Below the pieces are notes generated by a model. The model was not told the DNA's origin and made no database searches. It saw only the letters and a program-made list of their open reading frames with translations. DNA of 64,000 bases from NCBI GenBank assembly GCA_963793425.1, contig CAWCAG010000005.1, positions 1,504,001 through 1,568,000 on the forward strand, read 5' to 3'. This DNA comes from an uncultured cyanobacterium (GTDB taxonomy: Bacteria; Cyanobacteriota; Cyanobacteriia; Cyanobacteriales; CAWCAG01). The translations under genes were made by a program, and so were the position numbers. Positions 49,979 through 60,507 of this stretch are shown one piece after another (within the stretch, counting starts at the first letter, position 1; the number at the start of each line of letters is the position of its first letter).

Positions 49979-52198
49979 ATGAGTTCTTCCCAGCCTCCCA
50001 ATAAACCCCAAACTCAGATCGGCCAAATCTTTAGCCAAGCAACTCAAGTTTTCCAAAATGCCCTTGCTATTAAACCGGGGGCTAAGGTGGCAGAATTATG
50101 GGTACAAGAAGCTAATTCCCCAAAAGCCAAAGTACATAAATTACTAGGCGATCGCTACTTTTTAGGGCGCAGTTCTCAAGATGCAGATATTGTGGTTCCT
50201 AACCCGGTGGTTAGTAAGAAACATTTATCCTTAACTAGGGATAGTAAACGTCCCCGTAAGTTTATAATTCGAGATGAACATTCTACCAACGGCATTTATT
50301 TAGGCAGAAAGAGGCTAAAATCCTTACTGCTACGTCACGGTGATATTCTTACCTTGGGACCGCCGGAACTTAAAGATGCTGTTCGGGTTCAATTCCACAA
50401 CCCACCACCGTTAATTATTCTCATTGTACGCTACCTTCTCTATGGTATTGGGGGAGTTTCTGGTTTATTCGTGTTGTGGATTGCCATAGTTTGGGCAAAA
50501 TATCCCGTAGGTAGGATGCCCCCTGGGGTACAAGGACCAGTAATCGTTTATTCCAGGGAGAATGAACCTTTAAGGGAATTGCGTAATAATACTCACCAAG
50601 AATTAAAACTTTTAAAAGATTTTTCCCCTTATTTACCCAAAGCCTTACTCGCTTCAGAAGATAGCCGTTATCACTGGCACTTTGGGGTAGATCCTTTGGG
50701 GATTGCGGGGGCTTTGCGGAGAGGTTTTGGCGGAGGTAGTACCCTCACCCAACAGGTAGCCCGTAGTCTTTTCCCGGAAGTGGGGAGAGAGAATACCATC
50801 GGGCGTAAGATTCGGGAAATGATTGTCGCTTTTAAACTAGAAACTTTTTATAGTAAAGACAAAATTATTAGAACCTATTTAAACCGAGTTTATTTAGGGG
50901 TTGATAGTTATGGTTTTGAAGATGCGGCACAGTTTTACTTTGATAAATCAGCTAGGGATTTGGATATTTCCGAATCGGCAACCTTAGTAGCTATTTTACC
51001 AGCTCCGAATAGTTTTAATCCCGTCCAGGATTACGAAACTGCTATTAAGTTGCGTAACCGCATCATCACCCGCATGGCTGACCAAGGTAAAATTAGTGGT
51101 GAAGAAGCTTCCAGGGCTAGGCGATCGCGCATTGAAGTCAGTCCCGAAGCCAGGAGAATTTTAGGCAGCACCAAAGCACCTTATTTTTATGCCTATATTT
51201 TTACTGAATTAAGAGAACTATTAGGAGAAGATTTAGCGGAAGAAGGTAACTTCATTGTCCAAACTTCTTTAGATTTAGATGTGCAAGCCCAAGCTGACGG
51301 GGCTTTGCGTAACGGAGTTAATAATACCGGTTCTCGCTTGGGTTTTTCCCAGGGGGCCATCGTCACCCTCAACACTCGCAATGCGGAAATTGTCGCCATG
51401 ACTGGGGGAGTAGATTATGGTCAAAGTCAGTTCAACCGTGCTTTCCAAGCTCAACGTCAACCAGGTTCCACCTTCAAAGTCTTTGCTTACGCGGCAGCAA
51501 TTGAACAGGGCATTCCCCCCGGCAAAGCCTACTCCTGCGCCCCTTTAAACTGGCAAGGACAAGCCTACAAAGGCTGCGAACGGGTTGGAGGTGGTTCAGC
51601 AAATATGTATACAGGTTTGGCACAATCAGAAAATGCGATCGCCTTGCGTGTTGCCCAAGATGTAGGCTTAGATAAAACCATTGCTATGGCTAAGAAGTTA
51701 GGGATTAAATCCAAGCTAGTAGCAACCCCTGGCTTAGTTTTGGGGCAAAGTGAAGTCAATGTTTTAGAAATTACGGGGGCTTATGCAACCTTCGCCAACA
51801 ATGGAGTTTGGAATCGTCCCCACGGCATCCGTCGCGTCCTTGATAGCAGTGATTGTGAGGATTATAAGAACCCAGACACCTGTCGAGTAATTTACTCCTA
51901 TGATCAGGATAGCAGCCGGGGTGTTCAAGCTATTTCTACGGGGGTAGCTAACACCATGAATAGCCTGTTGCGAGGGGTTATTAGTGGTACAGGCAGCGCT
52001 GCAGCCATTGGTAAAGGAGAAGCGGGTAAAACCGGAACTACTAACCGCAATGTAGATATGTGGTTTATTGGTTATGTACCTGGCGCTCAGCTAGTAACAG
52101 GAGTATGGTTAGGTAATGACGAGATCATTGCTACTAGGGGCAGTAGCGCCCAAGCAGCGAGAATTTGGGCTAATTATATGGGGCAAATTACTCAATAA
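49979..52198 (+). CDS. FHA-domain class A penicillin-binding protein
   Basis: FHA (LGRS, VSKKH, STNG), TM, GT51 (EDSRY, GGSTLTQQ, RKIREM), transpeptidase STFK, SEN, KTGT. Confidence 0.92.
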   Translation: MSSSQPPNKPQTQIGQIFSQATQVFQNALAIKPGAKVAELWVQEANSPKAKVHKLLGDRYFLGRSSQDADIVVPNPVVSKKHLSLTRDSKRPRKFIIRDEHSTNGIYLGRKRLKSLLLRHGDILTLGPPELKDAVRVQFHNPPPLIILIVRYLLYGIGGVSGLFVLWIAIVWAKYPVGRMPPGVQGPVIVYSRENEPLRELRNNTHQELKLLKDFSPYLPKALLASEDSRYHWHFGVDPLGIAGALRRGFGGGSTLTQQVARSLFPEVGRENTIGRKIREMIVAFKLETFYSKDKIIRTYLNRVYLGVDSYGFEDAAQFYFDKSARDLDISESATLVAILPAPNSFNPVQDYETAIKLRNRIITRMADQGKISGEEASRARRSRIEVSPEARRILGSTKAPYFYAYIFTELRELLGEDLAEEGNFIVQTSLDLDVQAQADGALRNGVNNTGSRLGFSQGAIVTLNTRNAEIVAMTGGVDYGQSQFNRAFQAQRQPGSTFKVFAYAAAIEQGIPPGKAYSCAPLNWQGQAYKGCERVGGGSANMYTGLAQSENAIALRVAQDVGLDKTIAMAKKLGIKSKLVATPGLVLGQSEVNVLEITGAYATFANNGVWNRPHGIRRVLDSSDCEDYKNPDTCRVIYSYDQDSSRGVQAISTGVANTMNSLLRGVISGTGSAAAIGKGEAGKTGTTNRNVDMWFIGYVPGAQLVTGVWLGNDEIIATRGSSAQAARIWANYMGQITQ

Positions 52199-52261
52199 TG
52201 GGGAGGGAAAAAGCTTGTTTGAGAGAATATATCCTATTACTACGCAAGCCCAATGTTCTAT

Positions 52262-52846
52262 TCACTTTGCAGCTTTCTGAAAGCGACGTTTAACAAAGTA
52301 ACCTCCTAGCAAGAGTAAACCTCCCATTGCTGTGGGTTCAGGAACAGATTGAGCATCATTATCTTGGGGAAATTCTGCTTGATTTTGAGTGCAATCCGCA
52401 GCACTATTGACACCAGAGTTGCCGACTAAACCATCAGCATCTAAACAAGTCTTTGCACCACCTATACCTTCTACCTCAACTCCTAAATCAGCTTGCACGT
52501 CCGCTTCAACTAGATTGTCACCACCAATAGTAATTTCCCCTTCTAAGGAACCTTCTTTCTGGATTGCTTCTCCCAAGTTGTGCAAATCAGGGATTTCTAA
52601 GTCCTTAAGATCGTTCACTCCAACCTCAGTATAGGAATCTGTACCTAATCCTGCCAGGTTGTCTATTTCAGTGTCGCTGTTTTCCCCTAAAAAAGCATCA
52701 AGTCCGTCTTCAGTAGTAGCTCCTAAAGTAGCATCAACTGTGTTAGTTAGTGTTCCGCCTAATGAAGGAAATGCAGATACTGAAGGTGCAAACCCTGTAT
52801 TTAAAGCGGTAGTGGCGATTGCGGCGACGAAAAATAACTTGTTCAT
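52262..52846 (-). CDS. PEP-CTERM sorting domain protein
   Basis: Signal peptide, acidic low-complexity body, VPEP-TM-KRR terminus. Confidence 0.88.
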   Translation of the reverse strand: MNKLFFVAAIATTALNTGFAPSVSAFPSLGGTLTNTVDATLGATTEDGLDAFLGENSDTEIDNLAGLGTDSYTEVGVNDLKDLEIPDLHNLGEAIQKEGSLEGEITIGGDNLVEADVQADLGVEVEGIGGAKTCLDADGLVGNSGVNSAADCTQNQAEFPQDNDAQSVPEPTAMGGLLLLGGYFVKRRFQKAAK

Positions 52847-53281
52847 GACTTGCTCCTTTGTTTTGATTGATACTTTGTTTTTTAGCTATACCTCAGTATG
52901 AAATGCCTATGTTTGCCGTTAGGTGTGCGCGATGTTTGCGTTTATGTTTTACTTAAAGTTAATGTTTACGGAGACAACATTTTCTGATTTTTAGGGACAA
53001 TTGCAGGGTTTACCGGATCAATAGATTAGTTGTTGAGATTGATGGGGTGACGAGGAGAATAAGTAACGGCTGTTCACTGATAAATGTAGCCTAACGGCAA
53101 CGCTTACGCGAATAATGTTTAATGTTCAATGTTCAATATTTGAAGGATTTTTGCTAATAGTCCTAAAGTACTAACAGCAAATAGGACTTAGGAACTATTG
53201 AATTTAGGAACATTGCACCATGTCATTTGCTTTTGCGGTTGCCTAAGATGGAACAGTAAGCCATCAAAAGAGTACAACAAA

Positions 53282-53641
53282 ATGAAAAAGCCCTCAATTT
53301 TCCGCACTCTCTTTAGTTCTCTGCCTATTACTGCTGCTTTTGTTGTTACTATAGTTGCGGCCCCAGCTTTTGCAGTAACATTGCCGACTATAGATACTAA
53401 CGATACTACCTGGCAATTAAATGAAGTAGCTTTGGAAATTGATGTCAATATTGAAGGGTCGCCTGTACCTAATAATAGACCAAAGCCTAATCGTCCTGCA
53501 CCTAATAACAATCAATCAGCCCCTAATCGTCCTACTCCTAATAATAGACCAAAGCCTAATCGTCCTGCCCCCAATAACAATCAACCAGCCCCTAACAATA
53601 ATAGGCCTGTACCTAATCCTTCCCCTTCTAATAATAGTTAG
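53282..53641 (+). CDS. Small secreted Pro/Asn-rich repeat protein
   Basis: ATG 53282, signal peptide ending AFA; 23-aa unit PNNRPKPNRPAPNNNQ.AP duplicated with 69-nt period. Confidence 0.65.
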   Translation: MKKPSIFRTLFSSLPITAAFVVTIVAAPAFAVTLPTIDTNDTTWQLNEVALEIDVNIEGSPVPNNRPKPNRPAPNNNQSAPNRPTPNNRPKPNRPAPNNNQPAPNNNRPVPNPSPSNNS

Positions 53642-53802
53642 TACTTACGCTGATTCTTAAGCTAACATCTCCTAGAATTAAAAACAAAATCGATTCTCAT
53701 ACTGAAATCATTAATTGTTCCCTGTAGTCTACGACAACGCTACCCTAACCCTGTCCCCTCTTTTCCAGAAATGTCTAATATGAAATTTACCCCATCAGGG
53801 TG

Positions 53803-56019
53803 TCAATTTTGAGCCACTTTTCTACCTTGATTGTTACCTCGATTTACAAAGAATATTCTGGGCAGTAATAAGCTTTTAATCAAGAAAAATAAAGAAGCTA
53901 ACTCTCCTGGTGCTTTTTCAAATAACCATTGTCCTGGACGGCAAAATAACAGAGCAATTAATTGCCTTTCTTGTTCTAAGGAAAGATTAGTAAAGCTGAT
54001 TTGTAAGTCAGAAATATTGTTCTTTGATTGAATAGTTTTTACTTTACCTTGTAAAATCAAGTTTTCTTTGGTTATAGTTAAATTTGCAGAATCAATATCC
54101 TTGAGAAAATTACTATTTTGAGTTAACTTTATTTTTGCACCAATTTCTGAAATTGTCGTAGTTACTCCCGCAAAAACTTGACCTCCTGCTTCAATTTTAA
54201 CTACTCGCTGTAAGTCAAACCAAGGATAGGAGTTAGGTTGAGGAATATCGATTAAGGAAAAAATGGCTATCCCTAACAAGAAAAGATTGTAGGTACTCCA
54301 AAACCAAATTAAACCCAAACTGTTTCTTGCTTCAGTTGGTGATAGCCACAAACCAAAACTGCGTCCTAAAGCGAGCAAAGTACCGAGGAAAAGTAAAATT
54401 AAAGGAGTAGCTAATAACCAGTTTAAATGAGAGCGATCGCGGCGTATTCCTTTTGGTGTTACTTTGAATCCTTTAGAGAAGGGTTTGATTAGGGTTTGGA
54501 TGACAGTTATGGCTACAGGAAGGCAATAAACTACGTTAGCAAAATCTAGGGTAAGGGCAGAACGGGAATGGTTATTTAACCAGGAGAAAGCAGCTATGTT
54601 TAAGAGGTAATAAGGTAAGAAAAAATAAAGCAATTCGTTGATGGTTGCTTGAACGGGGATAATATTGAGAAAAGAGTAGAGTATGGGGAGGATTAAAAAA
54701 GCGGCACGGGAGATATTTGTAAACCAATAAAGCAAGCTTTCAAAGTTAGCTAATCTTTGGCGAAAGTTTAGTCCGGGAATGGTTAAAGGGTTGGCATCAA
54801 TAAAAAATGTTTGCAAAGTCCCCCTTGCCCAACGCAATCTTTGAGTCATTAACCCTTCGATATCTTCTGCGGCTAAGCCTGAACTTAGTTTTTCTGCTAA
54901 ATAAATGACTTGATAACCAGAAGCAGAGAGTTTAATACTGGTGGCATAATCTTCACTTAAAGATGCAGTTACGAAGCCGCCGATTGTTTCTAAATGAGTT
55001 CTTCTCACCAGAAAGGAACTACCATAACACATAGCAATATCAGCCCCATCGCGAATAGGTTGGTTATGGCGAGAAAAAAGTTCTTGATCGTGGGGAATAA
55101 TTGTTCCTAAACCTAAGTTGCGTCCTAAAGGTTCAAAGTTATAAAATTCTTGGTGAGTTTGTACTAAAGCAATGTTAACTTTTTGAAAGAAGCCGACAGT
55201 ACGGGTAAGAAAGTTTTGGGTGGGGATAAAATCTGCATCAAAAACAGCAATCAATTCTCCTTTGGTTTTGCCTAAAGCGTAGTTTAAGTTACCTGCTTTA
55301 GCATGAATGTTATTGGGTCGGGTGATATATTTGCAACCTAATTCCAAAGCCAATTGCGCCATTTCTGGGCGACGACTATCATCAAGGAGATAAACAGTTT
55401 TGTTGGGGTAATCTAAAATTTGGCAACCAATAATTGTCCGGCGTAAAACTTCAGTTGGTTCACTATAGGTAGGAATAAAAATATCTACCAAAGGAGTATA
55501 AAGACTATCTGCTACTGCCACCGCCATTCTATCTGCTTCTTTGTTCCTTACTTTGCGATGCAGTAAGAAAAAGAGTTGAATAGCAACCATAGCAATAATG
55601 ATTGCTTCTAAAGCTAATAAGCTGAAGCTGAAAATACCATTTAAAAGAGTATCTAAGTTAAGAGTAGACAAACTACGCCACAGCAAATAACGTACTGTAA
55701 CCGCCAGAATAATAGCCACAATAATCACCCGCGACCATTTTTGTGGTTGGGGTGAAACTTTCATCACTCCTTGGGCAATTCCAAACAAAATAATGGTGGG
55801 TAGAAATAAAGAATATTGCTGCTTAAAATTAGGAACTTCTAACCAAAAAGGGGGATTTTGTTGCCCTTGACTTAATTGTGTAAAAAAGTTAGTGATACTA
55901 CAGGTTTGAGGTAAACAAACTATAGTAATGGCACACCCAGCTAATATAACTACAAAAATTAGCCATCTCAACTTACTATGTCCAAAAATTATTTCTTTAC
56001 CCCATTTAGATACTGTCAT
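53803..56019 (-). CDS. bcsA: Cellulose synthase catalytic subunit-like GT2 with degenerate PilZ
   Basis: LDDS, AKAGNLN, FDAD, QTHQ, SED, QRLRW, FKVTPKG; multiple TM helices. Confidence 0.85.
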   Translation of the reverse strand: MTVSKWGKEIIFGHSKLRWLIFVVILAGCAITIVCLPQTCSITNFFTQLSQGQQNPPFWLEVPNFKQQYSLFLPTIILFGIAQGVMKVSPQPQKWSRVIIVAIILAVTVRYLLWRSLSTLNLDTLLNGIFSFSLLALEAIIIAMVAIQLFFLLHRKVRNKEADRMAVAVADSLYTPLVDIFIPTYSEPTEVLRRTIIGCQILDYPNKTVYLLDDSRRPEMAQLALELGCKYITRPNNIHAKAGNLNYALGKTKGELIAVFDADFIPTQNFLTRTVGFFQKVNIALVQTHQEFYNFEPLGRNLGLGTIIPHDQELFSRHNQPIRDGADIAMCYGSSFLVRRTHLETIGGFVTASLSEDYATSIKLSASGYQVIYLAEKLSSGLAAEDIEGLMTQRLRWARGTLQTFFIDANPLTIPGLNFRQRLANFESLLYWFTNISRAAFLILPILYSFLNIIPVQATINELLYFFLPYYLLNIAAFSWLNNHSRSALTLDFANVVYCLPVAITVIQTLIKPFSKGFKVTPKGIRRDRSHLNWLLATPLILLFLGTLLALGRSFGLWLSPTEARNSLGLIWFWSTYNLFLLGIAIFSLIDIPQPNSYPWFDLQRVVKIEAGGQVFAGVTTTISEIGAKIKLTQNSNFLKDIDSANLTITKENLILQGKVKTIQSKNNISDLQISFTNLSLEQERQLIALLFCRPGQWLFEKAPGELASLFFLIKSLLLPRIFFVNRGNNQGRKVAQN

Positions 56020-56366
56020 ACTTCCCTTTTATTAATGTCGCTTTTACCGTGACTTAGCTAAATGAGATTATCTCTAGGAATAATGAAGAAGTAGGGAAGA
56101 AACTTACCTAGCTTCTTTATCTACCAATAGTTAATGGTTGGAAACATCGAACTATGGTATCAGCCCTGAAATATTTCCCTGATTCCGTTACTATGACGAA
56201 GAAAAATGAATTTTTACTGAGTAAAACAGAAGAGTAAAGGGCAAAATTGCTAAGATAAACTATATCTCATCATTTTCTCTTTAAGTTCTCATTTGCTCCT
56301 AATTTAAACTTAGGGTTTTAGTTGAATAATTATTAATAGCAATAACGTTGTGATTAGGTATTTTTT

Positions 56367-56864
56367 ATGAACATCAGTAAAATCAATAAATTGGCGATCG
56401 CAGCTTGTCTAGGGATTTTCTTAGCAAGTTGTGCTACAGAAGCCCCAGAAGCCCCCCCGGAAGAAACTTCTGCTAGTCCGACAACAGAAGAAACAACTAC
56501 CCCAGCCTCCCCCAGTGAATTACAAGCAACTGCTTCGGGTAACTTTGTTGAAGCAGAACATCCCACCGCTGGTATAGCAACCATTGTTAATGAAGATGGT
56601 AAGAATTATTTGCAGTTTGATGAGAATTTTAAAAGCGATGACGGACCAGATTTGTTTGTTTTGCTACATAAATCAGAAGTCCCCGAAACCTACAAAGAAG
56701 AAGACTATGTTAGCCTCGGTGAGTTGCAAAGCACGAATGGGAGCCAACGCTACGAAATTCCTGATAGTGTCAACCTTGCAGACTATCAATCTACAGTAAT
56801 TTGGTGTCGCAAATTTGATGCCACATTCGGTTACGCAACCCTAGCTTCCGAACCAGCGGAATAG
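56367..56864 (+). CDS. DM13-domain lipoprotein
   Basis: LASC lipobox; GPDLFV.L, LGELQSTNGSQRYEIP, VIWCRKF..TFG.A.L. Confidence 0.88.
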   Translation: MNISKINKLAIAACLGIFLASCATEAPEAPPEETSASPTTEETTTPASPSELQATASGNFVEAEHPTAGIATIVNEDGKNYLQFDENFKSDDGPDLFVLLHKSEVPETYKEEDYVSLGELQSTNGSQRYEIPDSVNLADYQSTVIWCRKFDATFGYATLASEPAE

Positions 56865-56898
56865 CACTTTAGTTGTTAATGTTGCCAAAAATAAAACT

Positions 56899-57558
56899 AT
56901 GACTGCTTCAGACTTCCTTGCTTTAATTCATCCTGCCCTAGCTGTAATTTTAGTTTTCCCCCTCATTGGTATTGTGGTTAACTTTGCCTGGGCTACTCGC
57001 CAGCGTCGCCTGCAATTAGCAGAGGGCATCAAAAGCAAAATTCCCCCAGTAGTAGGAAAAGAACACGTTCAATTAGGACGGTGGTTAGCTAGTGCGGTGG
57101 TAATTTTGAGTTTAGTAGGGTTTGCCTACGCTATTGTTCTTAAAAACATTGTGGCGAATAATTTATGGAACAGTGATCCTTTCCAAACAGTCTTCCTTTT
57201 CCTCCTCTTCGCCCTCACCGTTGCTTCCTTAGTCTTTCTTTATCGGGCCAGACAGAAACTGTGGCGCGGTGTCTTTGCTACTTTAACAGGTATGGGCATC
57301 GTGATCCTAGGTTGCCAAGATGGAGTCTTTCGCCGCAGCGAGGAGTGGTATTGGTCACATTTTTATTTAGGCATCGCTGCCACTTTGTTAATGATTTTCT
57401 CTTTAGCAATTATCCAAGATATTTATCAAGATAAATCCTTAACTTGGCGTAGGGTTCACATTATCCTTAATAGCATTGCCCTACTATTTTTTGTTGGTCA
57501 AGGTTTTACTGGAGTAAGAGACTTGTTTGAAATTGGTTTTTACGCCAATGCAAAATAG
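56899..57558 (+). CDS. DUF4079-family membrane protein
   Basis: IHP, EHVQLGRW, SHFY, RRVHIILN, QGFTG.RDL; conserved His pattern; follows the DM13 gene. Confidence 0.75.
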   Translation: MTASDFLALIHPALAVILVFPLIGIVVNFAWATRQRRLQLAEGIKSKIPPVVGKEHVQLGRWLASAVVILSLVGFAYAIVLKNIVANNLWNSDPFQTVFLFLLFALTVASLVFLYRARQKLWRGVFATLTGMGIVILGCQDGVFRRSEEWYWSHFYLGIAATLLMIFSLAIIQDIYQDKSLTWRRVHIILNSIALLFFVGQGFTGVRDLFEIGFYANAK

Positions 57559-57679
57559 CTTTTTCAATGATCAATGTACGGCTTGCCGTTGCCGTTAGGC
57601 ATCAATGATCAAAGTAAGAGACAGAAAAGTTTTCTTTCCCTCTCACAGTCTCCCAGTCAATCTCAACAAGCCTGACAGC

Positions 57680-57735
57680 TTACTTATTACTTATTACTTA
57701 TTACTTATTACTTATTACTTATTACTTATTACTTA
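57680..57735. repeat. Perfect STRR (TTACTTA)8
   Basis: 56 nt; last unit contains the stop codon of the neighbouring minus-strand gene. Confidence 0.95.
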
Positions 57736-58253
57736 GCTTCTGCTTGTTCTACAGAACGATTACGAACCCCTAAAGTTAAGCGCAAAGTCTCTTTTTGAGG
57801 TAAAGACTTAACCACCTGTCTGTACACACTATAGTTAGTGGGCAAGGTAACATTATTTTCCCCATTTTGGTAAGTCATTTCATAACTAACTTGCCGCAAC
57901 AATTCTGGTCGATGGTGCTTTTCTTGAGATTTTGCTCGTTGTTCAATTTCATTTAAACTAGGTTTAGGTGGTACTTTGGGCCACCATAAACCTTGATCAT
58001 CCGGGGGAGTAAGAACCCCATCAGGTTTGTTACCATTAATGTTAAGTAAAGAGGCAGAAGCAAACTCTTCAAAACGCCTTTCTCGTTCACTTTGCCCCTG
58101 AAATTCAGGAGTATACTTAACTCGCCAGGTAAGCTGGGTTAAGGCTGTAGCTTGATATTCATTTGTGGTGATGCGGCTACAGCCAACAAAGGCAAAGCTA
58201 AGCATTAGCATTAGCCCGAAACTAAACAAACCAATTCGTCTTTTAAGTTTCAA
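57729..58253 (-). CDS. Hypothetical lipoprotein
   Basis: Signal peptide ending FVGC. Confidence 0.7.
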   Translation of the reverse strand: MKLKRRIGLFSFGLMLMLSFAFVGCSRITTNEYQATALTQLTWRVKYTPEFQGQSERERRFEEFASASLLNINGNKPDGVLTPPDDQGLWWPKVPPKPSLNEIEQRAKSQEKHHRPELLRQVSYEMTYQNGENNVTLPTNYSVYRQVVKSLPQKETLRLTLGVRNRSVEQAEAK

Positions 58254-58272
58254 CCTTTAACCCCTAAGCTAA

Positions 58273-58734
58273 TTAATCAGCCCATTCAATAGACCATTCA
58301 GAATTATTATCCCAGTTATAGCGCGATTCTTCTTCAATAATGACAGGACGTTCTTTAGCTTGGGAGATCCAGTTGATTATTTGTTCAAAAGAAGGAAGCA
58401 ATTTAACAATCGTCAGTTGTTCATTGACCCGTAAAATCTCTTCATAAAGGTCATTAGGCGAAACCTGCCCAAGTTTTTCGACACTATCTACTCCTGATGC
58501 CTCTAATAACTTCGAGTACTCCCCTCCTACCCCCTTAATTTGGATCAAGTCAGCTAAATGTAGCCAGCGAAAGATCATTCCTTCTTCAATTCCTGCGGCT
58601 TGAGATAATTCTCTTCTTCCTGCCACAGACTTACCTTTCTCTAGCAGTTCCTCTACAGTATTGATATTTGCCTTTTCTAGTTGACTAACATAAAAAGGAG
58701 TTATACCATCAATATCTTCAATCTGGTGTGCCAT
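58273..58734 (-). CDS. DUF4332 helix-hairpin-helix protein
   Basis: IEDIDGI, L.KANI.TVEELL, W..LADL..IKGVG.EY..LLEASGVDSV. Confidence 0.8.
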   Translation of the reverse strand: MAHQIEDIDGITPFYVSQLEKANINTVEELLEKGKSVAGRRELSQAAGIEEGMIFRWLHLADLIQIKGVGGEYSKLLEASGVDSVEKLGQVSPNDLYEEILRVNEQLTIVKLLPSFEQIINWISQAKERPVIIEEESRYNWDNNSEWSIEWAD

Positions 58735-58869
58735 TGCCTGTATGTAAAAAAATTTGCTTATTTATTTCTATTGTCAGGCTAAACGTTACCATTTGAACGA
58801 TTCGTTACCGTTAAGATACAAAATAATCTTTTTAAAACAGTTATTACTATTCCCTTTGGCAATAAACCG

Positions 58870-60507
58870 ATGACATCAACCCTTTTAAACAATCGCTATC
58901 GTCTCCTCAAACCTCTTGGTGAGGGTGGTTTTGGCAATACTTTTTTGGCTGAAGATACCCATATGCCCTCCGGAAGGCGTTGCGTAATTAAGCAACTTAA
59001 ACCCGTCACCAACGATCCTCAATACTATCAATTGGTTAAAGATCGCTTCGGCAGAGAAGCTGCTACCCTAGAAAAATTAGGTCAAGGTAACAACCAAATA
59101 CCTAACTTATATGCCTATTTTTCTGAGGCTGACCAGTTTTATTTAGTGCAAGAATGGATAGAAGGAGAGACTCTAACTAAGCTGGTTGAAAAACAAGGCA
59201 AGTTAGGAGAAAGCCAAGTCAAAGAACTTCTAACTAGTCTTTTACCTGTATTAGCTTATATTCACTCTCAGCGCATTGTTCACCGGGATATTAAACCAGA
59301 TAATATTATTATTCGTACTTTAGATAATCAACCGGTACTAATTGATTTTGGTGCAGTTAAAGAAGCCATGGGTACGGTGGTTAATTCTCAAGGTAATGCC
59401 ACCAATTCTATTGTGATTGGTACTCCTGGTTTCATGCCCAGTGAACAAGCTGCCGGAAGACCAGTTTATGCTAGTGATCTCTATGGTTTAGGGTTAGTGG
59501 CGGTTTATTGCTTGACCGGGAAAATGCCCCAAGAATTAGTTAACGATCCTCAAACCGGGGAACTACTTTGGCAAGAATACGCCCCTCAAATTAGCCCTCA
59601 ATTAGCTAGAGTACTCAACAAAGCAATCATGAGTCATCCTCGCGATCGCTTTAGTGATGCCCAAGAAATGTTAGCAGCGTTGCAAAGCAATCTTGATAAT
59701 GCCCCAACCATAGCCGTTGCCCCAGGAAATAGAAATCCTGTTTCCCAAGCAGAATTTTCTCCTACTGTGGCTGTTTCTGCCCCTTCTAGCCAAACAGTAA
59801 CTGTTCCGAAGAGAAAATCTGGTCTTGCTGGTAGCATTCTTCTCGGTAGCATCATCATGGCTGGTATAATTGGCGGTGCAGTGATGCTAGGTTTGAGGTT
59901 AAACAATGCTTCGGATACCACTAACCAAGAAACAGTTTCTTCTACGACAAACTCTTCTGAAGCTGATTCGACACAACAAACTCAAACTCAAAATATTCCC
60001 CCAGCCAGGGAAGAAACTACTAATCAACCAGATAATTCCTCCCCGCCTATTGCCAGTAACAATTCTCCCGTAACCGAAAAGCCACAACCAGAGAATACGC
60101 CTGATTTTGAAACGAACAATTCTCCAGTAACTGAAAAACCCCAACCAGAAGAAAAGGAAACTTCTCTTTCTCGTCCTACACCAAAACAAGCTGTATTAGA
60201 TTATTACAACAACTTGAATGATGGTAATTTACAAGCTGCTTGGCAACAATTACCAGAAGAGTTACAAAATAATCCTAGAGTACATCCACAAGGTTATTCT
60301 TCCTATGCCAATTGGTTCGGTACAGTAGATTTTGTAGATGTACAACAAGTCAAGGTGGCAGAAGAAAAAGGAGAAACGGCGAAGGTTGATGTACGCTTCA
60401 AATATAATATGAATAACGGCAAAGTTTCTAGTCAGAATTTGCGTTATTTCTTGATTTGGAATCCTGAAACAGAAAGTTGGCAGTTTGCACAAATTACTAA
60501 TAAATAA
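58870..60507 (+). CDS. Hanks-type Ser/Thr kinase with TM, low-complexity linker and C-terminal extracellular domain
   Basis: LGEGGFG, HRDIKPDN, DFG, GTPGFMPSEQ; NNSPVTEKPQPE occurs twice in the linker. Confidence 0.93.
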   Translation: MTSTLLNNRYRLLKPLGEGGFGNTFLAEDTHMPSGRRCVIKQLKPVTNDPQYYQLVKDRFGREAATLEKLGQGNNQIPNLYAYFSEADQFYLVQEWIEGETLTKLVEKQGKLGESQVKELLTSLLPVLAYIHSQRIVHRDIKPDNIIIRTLDNQPVLIDFGAVKEAMGTVVNSQGNATNSIVIGTPGFMPSEQAAGRPVYASDLYGLGLVAVYCLTGKMPQELVNDPQTGELLWQEYAPQISPQLARVLNKAIMSHPRDRFSDAQEMLAALQSNLDNAPTIAVAPGNRNPVSQAEFSPTVAVSAPSSQTVTVPKRKSGLAGSILLGSIIMAGIIGGAVMLGLRLNNASDTTNQETVSSTTNSSEADSTQQTQTQNIPPAREETTNQPDNSSPPIASNNSPVTEKPQPENTPDFETNNSPVTEKPQPEEKETSLSRPTPKQAVLDYYNNLNDGNLQAAWQQLPEELQNNPRVHPQGYSSYANWFGTVDFVDVQQVKVAEEKGETAKVDVRFKYNMNNGKVSSQNLRYFLIWNPETESWQFAQITNK

